Assembly (NCBI RefSeq): GCF_035594765.1
Contig: NC_085844.1
Coordinates: forward strand, 188,248,107 to 188,312,106
Direction of reading: 5' to 3'
From: Anolis carolinensis
Lineage: Eukaryota
DNA length: 64,000 nt
Below the pieces are notes generated by a model, which saw nothing but the letters and a program-made list of their open reading frames with translations, ran no database searches and had not been told where the DNA came from. The position numbers were made by a program, and so were the translations under genes. Within the stretch, counting starts at the first letter, position 1. Each line of letters starts with the position of its first letter. Positions 40,755-54,489 of the stretch are shown in pieces.

Positions 40755-41472
40755 AAGGCACTCAATCCCATTTGATCTTGGAAGCTAAGCAGGGTCAGCG
40801 CTGCTTAGCACTTGGATGGGAGACCAGCAATGAATACCAGGTGTTGTTTATTCGTCCAGTTGCTTCCAACTCTTCATGACCTCATGGACCAGCCCACACC
40901 AGAGCTCCCTGTTGGCTGTCACTACTCCCAGCTCCTTCAAGGTCAAGCTAGTCACTTCAAGGATACCATCCATCCATCTTGCCCTTGGTCGGCCCCTCTT
41001 CCTTTTTCCTTCCGTTTTCCTCAGCATCATCTTCTCCAAGCTTTCCTGTCTTCTCATTATGTAGCCAAAGTACTTCATCTTTGCCTCTAATATCCTTCCT
41101 TCCAGTGAGCAGTCGGGCATTATTTCCTGGAGTATGGACTGGTTGGATCTTCTTGCGGTCCAAGGCACTCTCAGAATTTTCCTCCAACACCACAGTTCAA
41201 AAGCGTCTATCTTTCTTCACTCAGCCTTCCTTATGGTTCACCTCTCACATCCATAGGTTATTACAGGGAATACAATTGCTTTAATTATGCAGATCTTTGT
41301 TGCCAGTGTGATGTCTCTACTCTTCACTATTTTATCGAGACCAGATACTGTAGATGATATTTCAGAGGACAGAAATGGAAAATCACTTTTGAGTATTTGT
41401 TGCTTAAGAAAGCTCTATGAACTTCATGGTATCATTATAAGTCAGCAGGTGGTTTGAAGGCATATATACACA
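40755..41472 (+). mobile_element. 5S rRNA-derived SINE interrupted by BovB fragment
   Basis: gatcttggaagctaagcagggtcag...cttggatgggagacc..gaataccaggtg is 5S-like; body resumes after 41340 and ends ttgaaggcatatataca; related degenerate copy near 12530-12700. Confidence 0.65.
40843..41340 (-). mobile_element. RTE/BovB LINE 3' fragment nested in a 5S-derived SINE
   Basis: PWTARRSNQSILQEI..KYFGYIMRRQESLEK..GKRKRGRPRARWMDG. Confidence 0.9.
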
Positions 41473-44469
41473 TGTATGCAGAGAAAAGTGATATGCAGCT
41501 ATGATCCTGTGCTAATGTGACTAGAAGCAAACAGCACAGTTGACTGACCTTGTGCATTAAACAGTTGCACTCGCCATTGTTAATTTGATATCTGAAAGCA
41601 GCCTTAACACAATCTGAAAGCCACCCCCATTTCCATCTGGCTCTTCTGCTGAGAGAGTAAATTAAAGGACATGGCTACATTATCACAATCTTCATGACAC
41701 TACAGAATTCTTTACTGGCTCAGAGGATTTTACCCAGTCCATTTTTAATAATATTCAAAAGTGACATGTTCCATACAAGAAAGAATTAGCATCAGCCCTA
41801 AATGGCAATATACCAAAGAGTTGCTTACTCCAACATACCTGCCAGCGTTTGATTATCTGAGAAGCTCAGTGAACCTGAAGAAGGGACAGTTTGGCAAGAC
41901 GACATGACACATTCACCAAGATTATATGAGAGTATTTTATATGGTAGCAGCTGGAACCAAATTTAATAATGCTTACAGTAGATGTTTTGGATTTGACTTC
42001 CATAGTCTCTTCTAGTTATACCTAAACCTCGGTCTAGTCTTAATTGTCTACATTTGTTTGTGCATGAACCAGAAATACAATCTAGGTCAACTGGTTAAAT
42101 ATGCTATTGACATGCATTGACTTTGTTTAGCTTAAGTAAATTAAAATAATTGGATCTTCACCATGATCTTGATACAGCCAATCTTTTCTTTAACAACCTT
42201 GAGCAGATATTATGCAAATGCAGGGATTGGAAATCCTGGGGTTAAACCTAGACCTCCTGGGGACCCAAGGCATTCCTCAGGGGTTCACCAGGTAGCTATA
42301 GTATATGTACCCTTCCCTTTTACATTGAGTCTTCTTTGGGAGAGGAAAGTGGGATACAAATATCATCACCATCACCCTTTAGTGGTTTTCTAGATTTCTG
42401 TCTCTCATTCTAAAAGATAGAAATGACTCTGTAAGATCACAAGACAAATCTGGTCATAAGACAAGTCATGCATATGTTATTTCTATCAAGATCTGTACAC
42501 GGTTAAATCTCCCTGTTGCATTACTCTGTAACATTCAAAGGAAGCTTTTTATTGGAAAAAATAGGAAGCTCTTCTTCAACTATAATTTACTATCTGCCTG
42601 GAAACAGAAGCAAGAAAAGTGAGACAGAAAATAGACAGAGAATAAAGTTCACTATGATATAGAGATATAGATATTACACATTGAGGGTTTGATTATATAT
42701 GTTTCCATTGAGATCAAAATGTTAATGTTTTACTTTCTCTTCATTGCATCAAATTAGTAACATTTTTAGGGTAGTAAAATGCTTAAGGTCAGACTAAATA
42801 CATTTCATAAAGATGTTCAACTGTAGCGCAGTCACTGAAAGGCGATCCCAACTAAACTAGAGATGGAAGGAGCTTAGTACCATGTTAACTTATATCTTTT
42901 GCATGCAAAAATGTCCAGGATCAATTTCCACCACCTGCATGTAAAACTGGGATGAGTTTACATTGCTGAATGAATGTAGTTTGACCCACTTTAACTGCCT
43001 TGGTTCAGTATTTGGGAATCTTGTGCAACTGGGTGAGGCGCCAGGACATTTTAGAAGGAAGTCTGAAGGCCTTGAAAAATCACAACTCCCATGATTCCAT
43101 AGCATTGAGCCAAGGCAGTTAAAGTAATGTCAAACTGTATTCATTCTACAATGTAAATACATCTTGGGAAAAACATTCTGGATTATTCCAAGGATCCATA
43201 GAGACCACACTGATTTACAAGGACCAGTAGTCTAATTCTGGGTAAGACATCTTCCTGTGCCCCTATGGATACCCATTAGTATGATCCATGATATAACGTA
43301 CTGCCTTCCAGTTATATGAACAGAATGAAAATAAGCTTTTTTGTTTGAAAATGATAATATTGATATGTTAAATGTTTGCTATCCTTTTATGCAAGAAATT
43401 GCACAAGAATTTCTCTTTTGTGCATTCATAGACAATTTGTTTATAGGGGCAGCCCTACAAATAGGAAGAATGAAAGTGTTGTCTCCAACCATCTGACTTG
43501 GAGTGGCATGAAAGGACAGCAAACATTTAACATATCCATATTATCATTTTGATCTCGAGGATAAGCATTTGTGGGATTTTCAGGAGTAAAAATAACTTAC
43601 AATCTATTTTGACAGTGTGGGAGTGGATGGAGACATTGCTCTGTTATTTGCTACTTCACATCAGTAAAAAAAAACCTGGTCTAAACAGGAAATATTGAAA
43701 GTTGTGAAATGAGCTGTGTTGAGCATGATTGTGGGAGCATCTAAGAATAAGAAAATAAATTGAGCATGAATCCCGAACTCTCCTGATCTTGGCATACGTT
43801 GTTGGAGAATCCCCCTTCCTCCGCATTCAATTCAGAATTCGGAGGGATTTGTCTAATGCCTGAGTGCAAAGCGAAATAATCCCATGCCCACCTGATGAGA
43901 AATGGCGAAGATTAAACACCACGCTCAAAAAGCAGACGCAGCTCCATAAATTCACAAACACCAACCTATAAATAACTTGCTGGTTATGCAGCCAGCCTCC
44001 TGTGATCCCGAAATCTTACATCTTACAGCTGCCATCTGTCTCCATGGTGATGGCATCACATGACGCAGGGCCCATTCATTCATAGCCATTTCAGCTTGAC
44101 AGAAAGGAAAAAGGGGCCAGGAAAGGAAAGAGGGGAGGCAGGTAAGAACTAATTTGGGAAACATGACACTGGGGATCTGCAGGGAGGAAACTTCAAAATG
44201 TGGGAAGAGATTGACGGATCTGGCTCAGTTTGCATGCTAAAGAGGGATTGTTTGATAACTTGTGCTTAATCTGAGCGAAGATAACCCATTTCAATAAATC
44301 AGGGTTAGACTTAGAGATGCCAGGAGATCTTGGCAAGGAGAGTTTCATCAAGTGTTGATGATTTGGCTACGATGCTGAAATCACATCTGTCAGATTTACC
44401 TCTGTATTGTCAAAATAACCCCAAAGAAGCCATCAGGGGGAATAGAAGATATTTTACTGCCTCTAGCAG

Positions 44470-44801
44470 GGCCCCTGGTGGTGGCGCAGTGTGTTAAAGC
44501 GCTGAGCTGCTGAACTTGCAGACCGAAAGGTCCCAGGTTCAAATCCCGGGAGCGGAATGAGTGCCCGCTGTTAGCCCCAGCTCCTGCCAACCTAGCAGTT
44601 CGAAAACATGCAAATGTGAGTAGATAAATAGGTACCTCTCCGGCGGGAAGGTAACGGCGCTCCATGCAGTCATGCTGGCCACATGACCTTGGAGGTATCT
44701 ATGGACAATGCCGGCTCTTCGGCTTAGAAATGGAGATGAGCACCAACCTCTAGAGTCGGTCACGACTGGACTTAACGTCAGGGGAAAACCTTTACCTTAC
44801 C
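44470..44801 (+). mobile_element. Sauria SINE, young copy
   Basis: Many CpGs retained; acctttaccttac tail. Confidence 0.9.
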
Positions 44802-44904
44802 TAGTAGCAGAACCCTGAAGTGGAAAGAGAGATCATGTTCCCCCTTTACCTTGGCTTCCATCCACCCATTCCCCACCATTATCCCTAGCCATGCCCTTTA
44901 TGGT

Positions 44905-45110
44905 GCACCCATACTGTAGAATTAATAGATTTTGATACCACTTTAATTGCCATGGCTCAATGCAATGGAATCATGGGAGCTGGGTTTTATAAACTTCTCT
45001 GCCAAAGAGTGCTGGTGCCTCACCTAACTACAATCCCCAGGACCCCATAGCATTGAGTCATGACAGTTAAAGTGGTGTCAAAATGCATGAATTCTACTAT
45101 GTAGATTATC
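44905..45110. mobile_element. Palindromic MITE family (related copies ~42950-43160, ~45410-45608, ~53270-53490)
   Basis: actgtagaattaat...ccactttaattgccatggctcaatg arms repeated in inverted orientation. Confidence 0.6.
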
Positions 45111-45652
45111 CCTATGTCAGTACTATCAAAAGTAGTGGCTCCTGGACCAGTGCTGGTCCACAAACTATTGGCTACCAGCAGATGGCAATTTTCAAGAAAA
45201 AACAGTTGTCGCTAATACACACAAATATGGTACCAACTTTGGCATGTTGAATAGTCTGAGAAGCACTCCTCTGTGCCCCATGGACCATAAGATAGCAGTG
45301 CTCTGTGGAGAATAATAACAGCTGGACTAAATGTCTGGTTCTAAAAGCCAAGTATTGTGGGCTAGAGATCCTATCCTGTACTGCCATCTGACAGATCTTC
45401 ATTGGAAAACTAATTCAGTTAGACACCACTTTAATTCCCATGGCTCTGTGATATGCAATCCTTGGATTTGCAGTTTGGTGAGGCACCAGCACTCTGTGGC
45501 AGAGAAGGGTAAAAACCTTGTGAATCTACAGCTCACACAATTCTATACAGTTGAGCTATAGCAGCTGTAGTGGTTTCAAATTGCATTAATTCTACAGTGT
45601 AGATGCACTCTGTAGGAGGACCAGCCCTGGCTTGACGCAAAGAAAAAGATGG

Positions 45653-45654
<2 letters not shown>

Positions 45655-45696
<42 letters not shown>

Positions 45697-45711
45697 CCCC
45701 CCCCCCCCCCC
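45655..45711. repeat. (CT)n microsatellite followed by poly-C
   Basis: Directly visible. Confidence 0.95.
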
Positions 45712-46778
45712 GCCCATTCTAGTCAGCTCAGAATCTGACTAGACTGGCAATTTAATCTTATGATGGTGCTGCCTAAGTGTCTTTTACAACACTTAAGGGC
45801 TGTAGGCTCACTTATAGGACATAGGCTAAACCACCTGGCACACATAACACTGTCCTCCATCACAATGCCACTGCATCCCTCCTTTTTCCAGGAATTATGC
45901 AGGCTATTATAATATGAGTGTATAGTAGGCACAGGAATAGATCATAAGATAAACAGGAAAACTTAAAGAAATCTACTGGAGTTGGTCTATACTTGGTAAC
46001 AAGAGCCCTAAATATGTCATCTATCAGGGATAGCTAGCGACTGTTATTGGAGTGGGTATCTCATGACAAAAGGACAAAGAGAACACTTTCTTGAAGAAGT
46101 GGAATGTAACTATATCAGGTAAGAAGGAAGCAAAAGGCTTAAGTATATTTTTCATGTCAGGGGTGACTTGAGAAACTGCAGGTACATAAGATCCAAAGAA
46201 AGGCAGAGGAGAAACCACTGGTGTGTGTGTGTGGGGGCGGGGGGGGGGGGGGTATCTGACTCCCTTTTGGTCTTAATGTTTCTTTGCCTCTGTTTGGTGC
46301 CTATGGTAGATATTTCACTCCACCTACTGCTAGGTCCAAGCCTGGCCATTTATATTAGGCCAGTGACCTATTTATATCCTTGTCTTTTCAGTCTAGAGAC
46401 ACTGCAAAAGGAAAGCTCCATGTATTAAAATTTTCACAACGTAAACATCTCCCTGTTCTGAAATGGAGCTCTTCATTAGTGCCGTAGAGAGATGGAGAAG
46501 AGATAGGAAAATATTTCCCCCTTTGGAAGTTGCTGCTTGATGCAATAACTGTAACTGTTTCATCTCAAGGCCAACCCTGACCCAAAACAGCTCTTATTTT
46601 TCAACAGTTCATAGTCATGAACTGTTTAATAGTGACTTCCCTTCCCTATGGACTCCCATATGCTCTAGTTATTCCTATTAGGGGTTGAACAAGATCGAGA
46701 TATCTTAGGAGCTTATTGCACCATTCTTTTATGCCACATTATTCTACATGAAATCTGCTACAGCCAACCTTGCAATTG

Positions 46779-46874
46779 GATTGTTGTGAGTTTTCAGGGC
46801 CATGTTCCAGAAGCATTCTCTCCTGACGTTTTGCCCACATCTATGGCAGGCATCCTCAGAGGTTGTGAGGTATA
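46779..46874 (-). mobile_element. Short Penelope-like fragment with mutated hammerhead (GAAA to AAAA)
   Basis: Family homology; flanking duplication TTGCAATTG (46770-46778, 46875-46883). Confidence 0.7.
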
Positions 46875-47914
46875 TTGCAATTGTTGGCACTCTCTATTGC
46901 ACCCTGCTGTATTTGTGCTTTAAGAATATGACTTGTGTGTTTTATCTGCATTAATGGAGCCAATACACTGTTTTTAAGGCATCGAATAGTTGCCTATGTG
47001 TAAAGCCACCTTGAGTCCCCTCTGGCATTGAGAAAGGCAGGGTATAAATGTTGTAAATAAATAAATACATTATCAACTCTTTTACTGCTACTCATGTTTT
47101 ATGGTTGGCTCTTCTTTTTTTAAAAAATGAAGCCATAATCGTGAATGAGAAAAACAGTATGATGGTAGGATGTGTGATAACAATATGATGTTATAACACC
47201 AACCAAACAAATATCCACAGCCAGAAGAGGTTGTTTAAAGGGGTTTTAGCCATACTATAAAAGTGTTCTTCCCTGCCTGAGCACCAGAAGCAGTCTTGGG
47301 TTTCTTTGCTAGAGATTTCCGTGGAAAGTCTTGTGGGAGGGAGAACCTGGCCACATCCACATCATGTCTATTAATGGATTGTTCATAGAAGAAAGCTCTG
47401 TGAGATATCTGCACCCAAACTGGTTACCGAATTATTGCGGGAAAAAGAGATCCTTTCCAGCATGGGGAAAAAACACAGATTCACAATTACCCTATAATGC
47501 AACAATGTCTGGAAAGCAAAGATGCCTTGTGATAAGGCTGAAACAAAAGCAAGATTAATGCATTGGTATGACAATGTAATAACATGGTGTGATAACAACC
47601 GAAGAAGAACTCAGTTCTCATTTTGATTGAATGGGGATTGTGACTCAGACGGACAAATCAGGAATGACTTTGTAGTACATTCCTAATCTTGGGATTTCCC
47701 ACTGTGCTGGAGTACAACTCCCATTATTCCCCATCAGCAGGAAGATGGTTTTCCATGACAGATCTAGGGGTGTTATGGGAGGAGAACCCTTTAAATAATG
47801 GTCTGGAAGATTATCTGCTCAGTTTTAATGAGTCATGGGGATGGGGCAGGTTGGGAGGAGTGTGAGACATCCATATAATCCAGGGGCCATATATTATTAA
47901 TTCTTATTGCAGAA

Positions 47915-48345
47915 TTGTATTTATTTATTTATTTTACAGTATTTATATTCCGCCCTTCTCACCCTGAAGCGGACTCAGGGCGGATTACAATGAACATATA
48001 TATGGCAAACATTCATTGTTATCAGACAAACAACACACAGAGACATTTTACATTCCAGCTTCACGATTCCGGCCACAGGGGGAGCTGTTGCTTCAACGTC
48101 CACTAGTGACTGTACTTCCTCATTCCTTTTCCAACATGTTGCTGGCAGTTTTGTGGTGTTGTTAATTAGTTAAATTAGCCTCCCGCATAAAGCGTACCTA
48201 AATTTCCTACTTGACAGATGCAACTGTCTTTCAGGCTGCATAGGTAACACAGCAAGCCGGGCTATTTAATGGTCGGGGGTTTAACCCGACCCGGGCTTCG
48301 AACTTATGACCTCTCTGTCAGTAGTGATTTATTGCAGCTGGTTAA
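47915..48345 (-). mobile_element. tRNA-derived SINE with L2-type tail (Anolis SINE2-like)
   Basis: B-box-like gttcgaagccc on minus strand near 48295-48305; L2 stem-loop and (TAAA)n tail at 47915-47990. Confidence 0.65.
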
Positions 48346-49577
48346 TGATGCAAACATGGACTCCAATTTATTGGCAATATGTGGCAATTTGTCCTCAAAT
48401 GTTGCTCTTCCTTGTAGGATCAGATCAAAGTTTCTATCTGGGCATGTAATCTGTCTCCCACAATCACAAACCAGACAATACTTCTTTGCATTTTGCAGCA
48501 ATTGCAGTGTTTTCTGCTGGACTTTAATTTTCATCTAATCAGACCAAATTTTAGTATTTCTTTCCTTCATTTTAGAAAGCAAGAAATTGTTTTAATGTCA
48601 ATTCAATAATCAGGCCAAGGCAAAAATTCCACAATCAATTGCTAACAAGCAAACAGATTAGTGAAGAGCCACAGTTCATAGCTCTCCATGTTCAGCCAAC
48701 ACAGATACTAATGATGGGCAGTCAAACATGAAGTTGCATCTGTTTTTCTTTTTGTTTTTTGTTTTTTTGCTACCACTTTCCAGGAACAGCTCAGGGCTAT
48801 TCTTTCTCTCTATTTGGTGACTGCCTAGTTGGCACAGTGAAGTAAAGCAGATGGACATAGGTTTGCAGGCAGTTATTCTGAAAGCCAGTAATTCATAGTT
48901 TGGTAGTAATGTGCTGTGAATAGATAGATGAGTGAATAAATAGATAAATAACTTGGGGCTTATATTTACTCAATTCCATTTTGGAATAATGAAGGTATAA
49001 GAATGTTATACTCTGATGATAATTTAACAAGGGATAACTTCCCTTCTTTTACAGTGCAACTAAAGCTTAAATGAGTTCCAATTGGAGATGAACTACCTGG
49101 ATTTATGTAAATGTTGTCTTATCCTATAGCAATTAATTCTGTGAGTGAACTCCAGTTGAGCCTAGCAACTGGATTTAGGCCTAAAACAACAAATTTTTAA
49201 AGTTATTCTGCAGTTACTCCGTTTGTACTCGCTAAATGATTTGGATGGTGTGATCTTAATTGTTGTTTTAACCATTTATATTTTAATTGTTTGGTTTTAA
49301 TTGTAACTGTTTATTTTGATGTATGTGTGCATGGCATCAAATTGCTGCCTGTTGTAAGGCCGCCTTGAGTCTCCTTCAGGGTGAGAAGGGCTGGGTACAA
49401 CTATGGCAAATAAATAAATTGCTGATAAGCAACACTGCATGGCTTAAGTGTTGCCTTCTGTTCAGCTGGGAGAAGTTGAGGCAGCAACAAGATTGATAGT
49501 GCATTTTGTACAATAAGCCAGCATCTTGTCATATTCCATTTTTTAAAAGTAACTACACTTACTTTACTAAGTAACTA

Positions 49578-49811
49578 CAGCGGACCCTTGGTACCAACTG
49601 GAGTTTAATTCCAGGACCGCCCGTTGATATCAAAAATCTGTACTTACTCAAGTGCCATTATATACAATGACATAGTAAGGCAGCATCCTTTATATAAAAT
49701 GGCAAAACTCAAGATTTGCTTTTCAGAATTTAGTTTTTTTGGGGGGGATATTTTCAAGTCCATGGATGGTTGACAGAGGTTACAGAATACATGACTATGG
49801 AGGTCTGACTG
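49578..49811. mobile_element. Tigger/MER2-like MITE
   Basis: TA-cagcggacccttggta ... tatggaggtctgactg-TA. Confidence 0.55.
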
Positions 49812-50467
49812 TAAATGTAACTAATCATTCTTTTGAAATGAGAAAGTAAAGTGTTATTTAAAAAATGGAACCACAACAAAAACTACAAATTGTCACCATT
49901 ATAAATATTACTGCAGAAAATTAGAAGAATAACGGTTACCCTTTTTTAAAAGTACTTTCCCAAGCTCTGGACTAGCTCTGGACAATATTTTTTACTATAT
50001 GAAAGCATTGTATTCCAGCTCTCTGGATGCTGCTGAGGTCTTTGAGAAGAGACTGAAGGATGGAGATGAAACGAAGTCCTGTTTCTGTAAATATACTCTC
50101 CTCTGTTCCTGAAGGCTTCCTGCTGAAGCTTGTGCTTCAGAAAGAGCAGCTCGTGTTTCACGGCTGTCATGTGATCCCCACTCCCTAGTATATTTTAAGC
50201 CTCTCCTTGACGTCACACTCTTTCCATCGCAATAGGATTCTGCTCAGACTTTTTTTAAGGATTAGACTTCTACTCTATAGCTTGCTCCTGTTTATTATTC
50301 CCATCACCATAAGGCTTTGGGTGCTTAATAATGCTGATAATAACATTAAGAACTAGCTGCAATGCAAATCAAGAGGGGGAGGTGACGTTCTTCTTGCTCT
50401 TTATTCTTCTGGTCACGACAAAAAATCACTTCTCCTGAGTCACGCTGACCAGCCTCTCCTGTTATAA

Positions 50468-52420
50468 AATCATAGAGTCATAGAGTTGGAAAAGACCACA
50501 TGGGCCATCTAGTCCAATCCCCTGCCATGCAGGAAGGGCACAATCAAAGCACCCTTGACAGATGGCCATCCAGCCTTGATTAAAAGCCTCCAAGGAAGGA
50601 GCCTCCACCACACTCTGCGGCAGAGTTCTACTGTTGGACAGCTCTTATGGTCAGGCAGTTCTTCCTAACGTTTGGGTGGAATCTTCTATCCTGTAATTTG
50701 AACCCAGTGCTCTGAGTACTAGTTTCCAGGGCAGCAGAAAACAAGTCTGTTCCCTCTTCCTTATGACAGCCTTTCAAATATTAAAACGTGGTGATCATGC
50801 CTCCTCTCAAACTTCTCTTCTTCAGGCTAAACATCTCCAGCTCTTTAAGCCGCTCCTCATAGGGCATGATCTCCAGGCCTTTGATCATTTTAGTCACCCT
50901 CCTCTGGACACCCTTCAGCTTGTCAATATCTCTTTTAAACTGTGATGCCCAGAATTGGACACAGTATTATAGATGAGGTCTGACCAAAGCAGAATACAAA
51001 GGCACAATGACTTCCCTAGATCTAGACACTATACTGTTTTTGATGAAGTCCAAAATCCCATTGGCTTTTTATGCTTTTGCATCATGCTGTTGAATCATGA
51101 TCAATTTGTTGTCCACAAAGACTCCAAGTTCATTCTCACATTGTTGAGTCAGGCATCACCCACTCCATATCAGTGCATGTCTTTGTTTCTATCTAAGTGA
51201 AGTATCCTACACTTCTCCTTGTTGGAATACATTTTGTTAGTTTTGGCTCAGCAATGTAATCTACTGATGTCATTTTGAATTCTGATCCTGTCTTCTGGAG
51301 TATTAGCTATCCCTCCCAATTTGGTGTAATTTGCAAACTTGATAAGCATGCCCTCTAAACCTTCCTCCAAGTCATTAATAAAGATGTTGAACAGTACTAG
51401 TCCCAGGACCGAACCCCGGGGCACTCCACTAGTCACTTCTTTTCAGAATGAAGTGAAACCATTGGTGAGCACCCTTTCGGTTGCTTAACCAATTACAAAT
51501 CCACCATATAATAGTATTATCTAGTCTACATTTTACTAATTTGTTTGCAAGAAGACCATGGGGGACCTTGTCAAAGGCTTTACTGAAATTGATATGCTAC
51601 ATCCACAGCATTCCCTGCATCTACCATGCTTGTAACTCTATTGAAAAAAAAGAGATAAGATTAGTCTGGCATGACTTGCTTTTCAGAAAAGGGTGTTGTT
51701 GACTTTCAGTCATCACAGCATTTTTTTTAAGTGATTGCAGACTGCTTTCACAATGATCTGCTACAGAACCTTTCCTGGTATTGATGTCAGGCTGGCTGGA
51801 CAGTAATTGTTTGGGTCCTTCCCCCCCCCGCCCCTTGAAGATAGGGACAACATTTGCCCTCCTCCAGTCTGCTGGGACTTCCAAGAATTCTCAACGATTA
51901 TTACCAGTGGTTCTGAAATGACTTCTGCTAGTTCCTTCAACGTTCTTGGATGTAGTTCATCTGTCCCTGGAGACTTGAATTCATTTGGAGTAGCCAGGTA
52001 TTTCTTGACTACTTCTATACCCATTTTGGGTTGCATTTCCCCTATTACCTCATCTGCTCCATATTGCTCAGGTCGGACACCAATCTCTTTTTGGGAAAAG
52101 ACTGAGGCAAAGAAGGTGTTGAACAGCTCTGCCTTTTCCCTATCACCTGCTAGCATTTCACCACCTTCTCCACGCAGAGGCCCCACCATTTCCTTTTTGT
52201 TTGTTTTTTTTTTTACTTTTTCTTCCTACTGACATAACCAAAGAACCATTTTAATTGTTTTTAATCTCTCTACAAGCTTGAGCTCATTTATGCTTTAGCC
52301 TTTCACACCTTTTCCCTACATGTGTTGGTTATTTGTTTGAATTCCTCTTTGGTGATCCCCCCCTTTGCATTTCTTGTGCATATCTCTTTTAAATCTTAGT
52401 TCTGTTAAAGGTTCTTTGGT
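50468..52420 (-). mobile_element. CR1 LINE, 5'-truncated, frameshifted RT
   Basis: TSGVPRGSVLGLVLFNIFINDL; EKAELFNTFFASVFSQ; NEFKSPGTDELHPRTLKELA; CR1 3' octamer tail (ctatgactctatgatt). Confidence 0.92.
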
Positions 52421-54489
52421 GAAATGTCCTAAAACACTTCACCAAAGCTTCTTTTCTCATCTCTTGAACAGTGCCAGCAGTGAAGGGTGCTAAAGACCTA
52501 TGCTTCATACATTAAAATGCCTCTTCCTTGTTCTGTGTCAGCTTGACCTTGCTAAAGAAAAAGGAAAGAAAATAGTTTGTGGGTTAGGTTAGTACAAATT
52601 GAGTATTCCTTATCTACAGTGTCTGAGACCAGAAGTACTTTGGATTTCAGATTCCCCCCCCCCCCATTTTAGAATATTTGTATGTACACAAGGAGTTATG
52701 TTGGATATGGGAACCAAATCTAAGCACAATATTCATGTATGGTTCATGTACATTTTATGCACATAGCAATATTTTTAATAATTCTGTGCATTAAACAAAG
52801 TGTTTATACATTGAACCATCAGAAAGCAGAGGTGTCACTATCTCAGCAACCCATGTAGATGATTTTAGACTTGAAGAATTTCAGATTTTAGATAATGGAT
52901 ACTCAACCTATATCATCACTATTAAGAACTCCAGTGGGATCCACAATTCCTTCGGGTGAGAGAGGTGTGGGAATAGAGATGAACAGCTGGTCAGGGGTTG
53001 ATGCAGGGGACTAGAGACATATAACAAAGATCCACATTGCACCTTCTAATAAGCACTGTATACTGTATAAGAAGGCAATATTTGTGTGTATTTAATGCCT
53101 ACTGAAACACAATCAAACTTCCTTTCTAGGCCATCAGTCATCAGTAGACGTACAGACCTCTAGAGCTTTCTACAACTCTGTGTCTCTATCTCAGCCAGAC
53201 TCCCAGAATGAAATATTCTTATTTTTTGGACTCCAACTCCTGGGGTATATCCCCTAGGTACAATAAAAGCAGTCAATGTCATCATTTTAATTGCATTGAT
53301 TCTCTCTGATGGAATTTTGAGACTTGCAATTTCACAAGGTGCTCAGAATTCTTGAGTACAATCCCCTTGAACTACAACACAAGATCTCTTTCTGAGGAAA
53401 TTATAAGCCCTTCATAGAAATGCAGAACAAACAATTCTATAAGATGGAGACTAGTAATTAAAATGGTATCAAAGCCAGCATGATGTTGGGTGTTGTGAAA
53501 GGAGTCAAGGATACTAGGGTTCAAATTTTCACTTGGAAACAGACTCGATGATTGTGAGCAAGTCACATACTCTCAACTTCAGGTGAAGGCAATAGTAAAC
53601 TGGTTCTGAACAAATCTTGCCAAGAAAACTTCTTAGAGTCTCCAGGAATCAGAAATGACTTGGAGGAACACCACAACATCAACACAAGGACAATAATTAT
53701 TGTTTGGACATGCCTTAACATTTTTAGCCAACATGGTAAGTAGCTGGGGATACTTGGAGTTATAGTCCAAAAGGTTACTTTTCCAGGCTCTGCTTTGAGT
53801 TCTCAATTATCCCATTCTCATTTTGCTTTCCCCCATGACTCCTTTGCTTCCTCTGTCCTGCTTTGCACCCAATGCATACTAATACGAAGGAAAGGGCAAG
53901 CCAGGCAAGTGATGGAGTTGTCAGTGGCTACTGCTGCTATTCTTTTTTCTTGTGGTTACCATTAGTTGGTTCAATGTTTAAAGAGTCTTAGGGTACATGG
54001 GGAGCCAAAGGAAGGAGAAAAAGATGAGGGATGTGGCAGCTAGAGGTTCCAGAAGTGCAGATCAGCATTAGGCCTATAGGAGTGTGGGCATAGATAAGCC
54101 TTTGGAAATGCCAGCCCTGAGCCCATCCTCAGTTAAATACACTTAAAACTGCAGGCGGGCACATATTTTTAGGAAAGATCATGACACATTTCTCTGTTCC
54201 TGTATTTTTGTTCATTCGCTCATCCTTCTTGTAGTTATTTGTCCCAGCTTGCTACCTGGTTTTATGAGTCAGTCTTCAATTTGAGACAGCAGCACTGAGG
54301 AGTTTCCAAAACATAGGAATTGCACATTAGTTCCTTCCCTTCAGGTGTGTTCTGTGAAAGAAACTGTGTAGAACAGTTAGAAATCCTGATTAAGATGTCA
54401 AGGCACCAATGATCTGGAAAACAAATAAAAACTTTATTACAGGAATTCCCTTCTCGATTGGAAAATTACTCAGGCACTAATCTAAACAG

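Noticed and set aside
40755-40842. 5S rRNA gene
   Set aside because: Diverged, incomplete and continuous with a SINE body; it is a SINE head.
54345-54485. Acceptor followed by GVFCERNC (CX3C-like) upstream of the orphan TM exon
   Set aside because: Stop at 54410, no correctly spaced third and fourth cysteines, and a different frame from the TM segment; likely chance.
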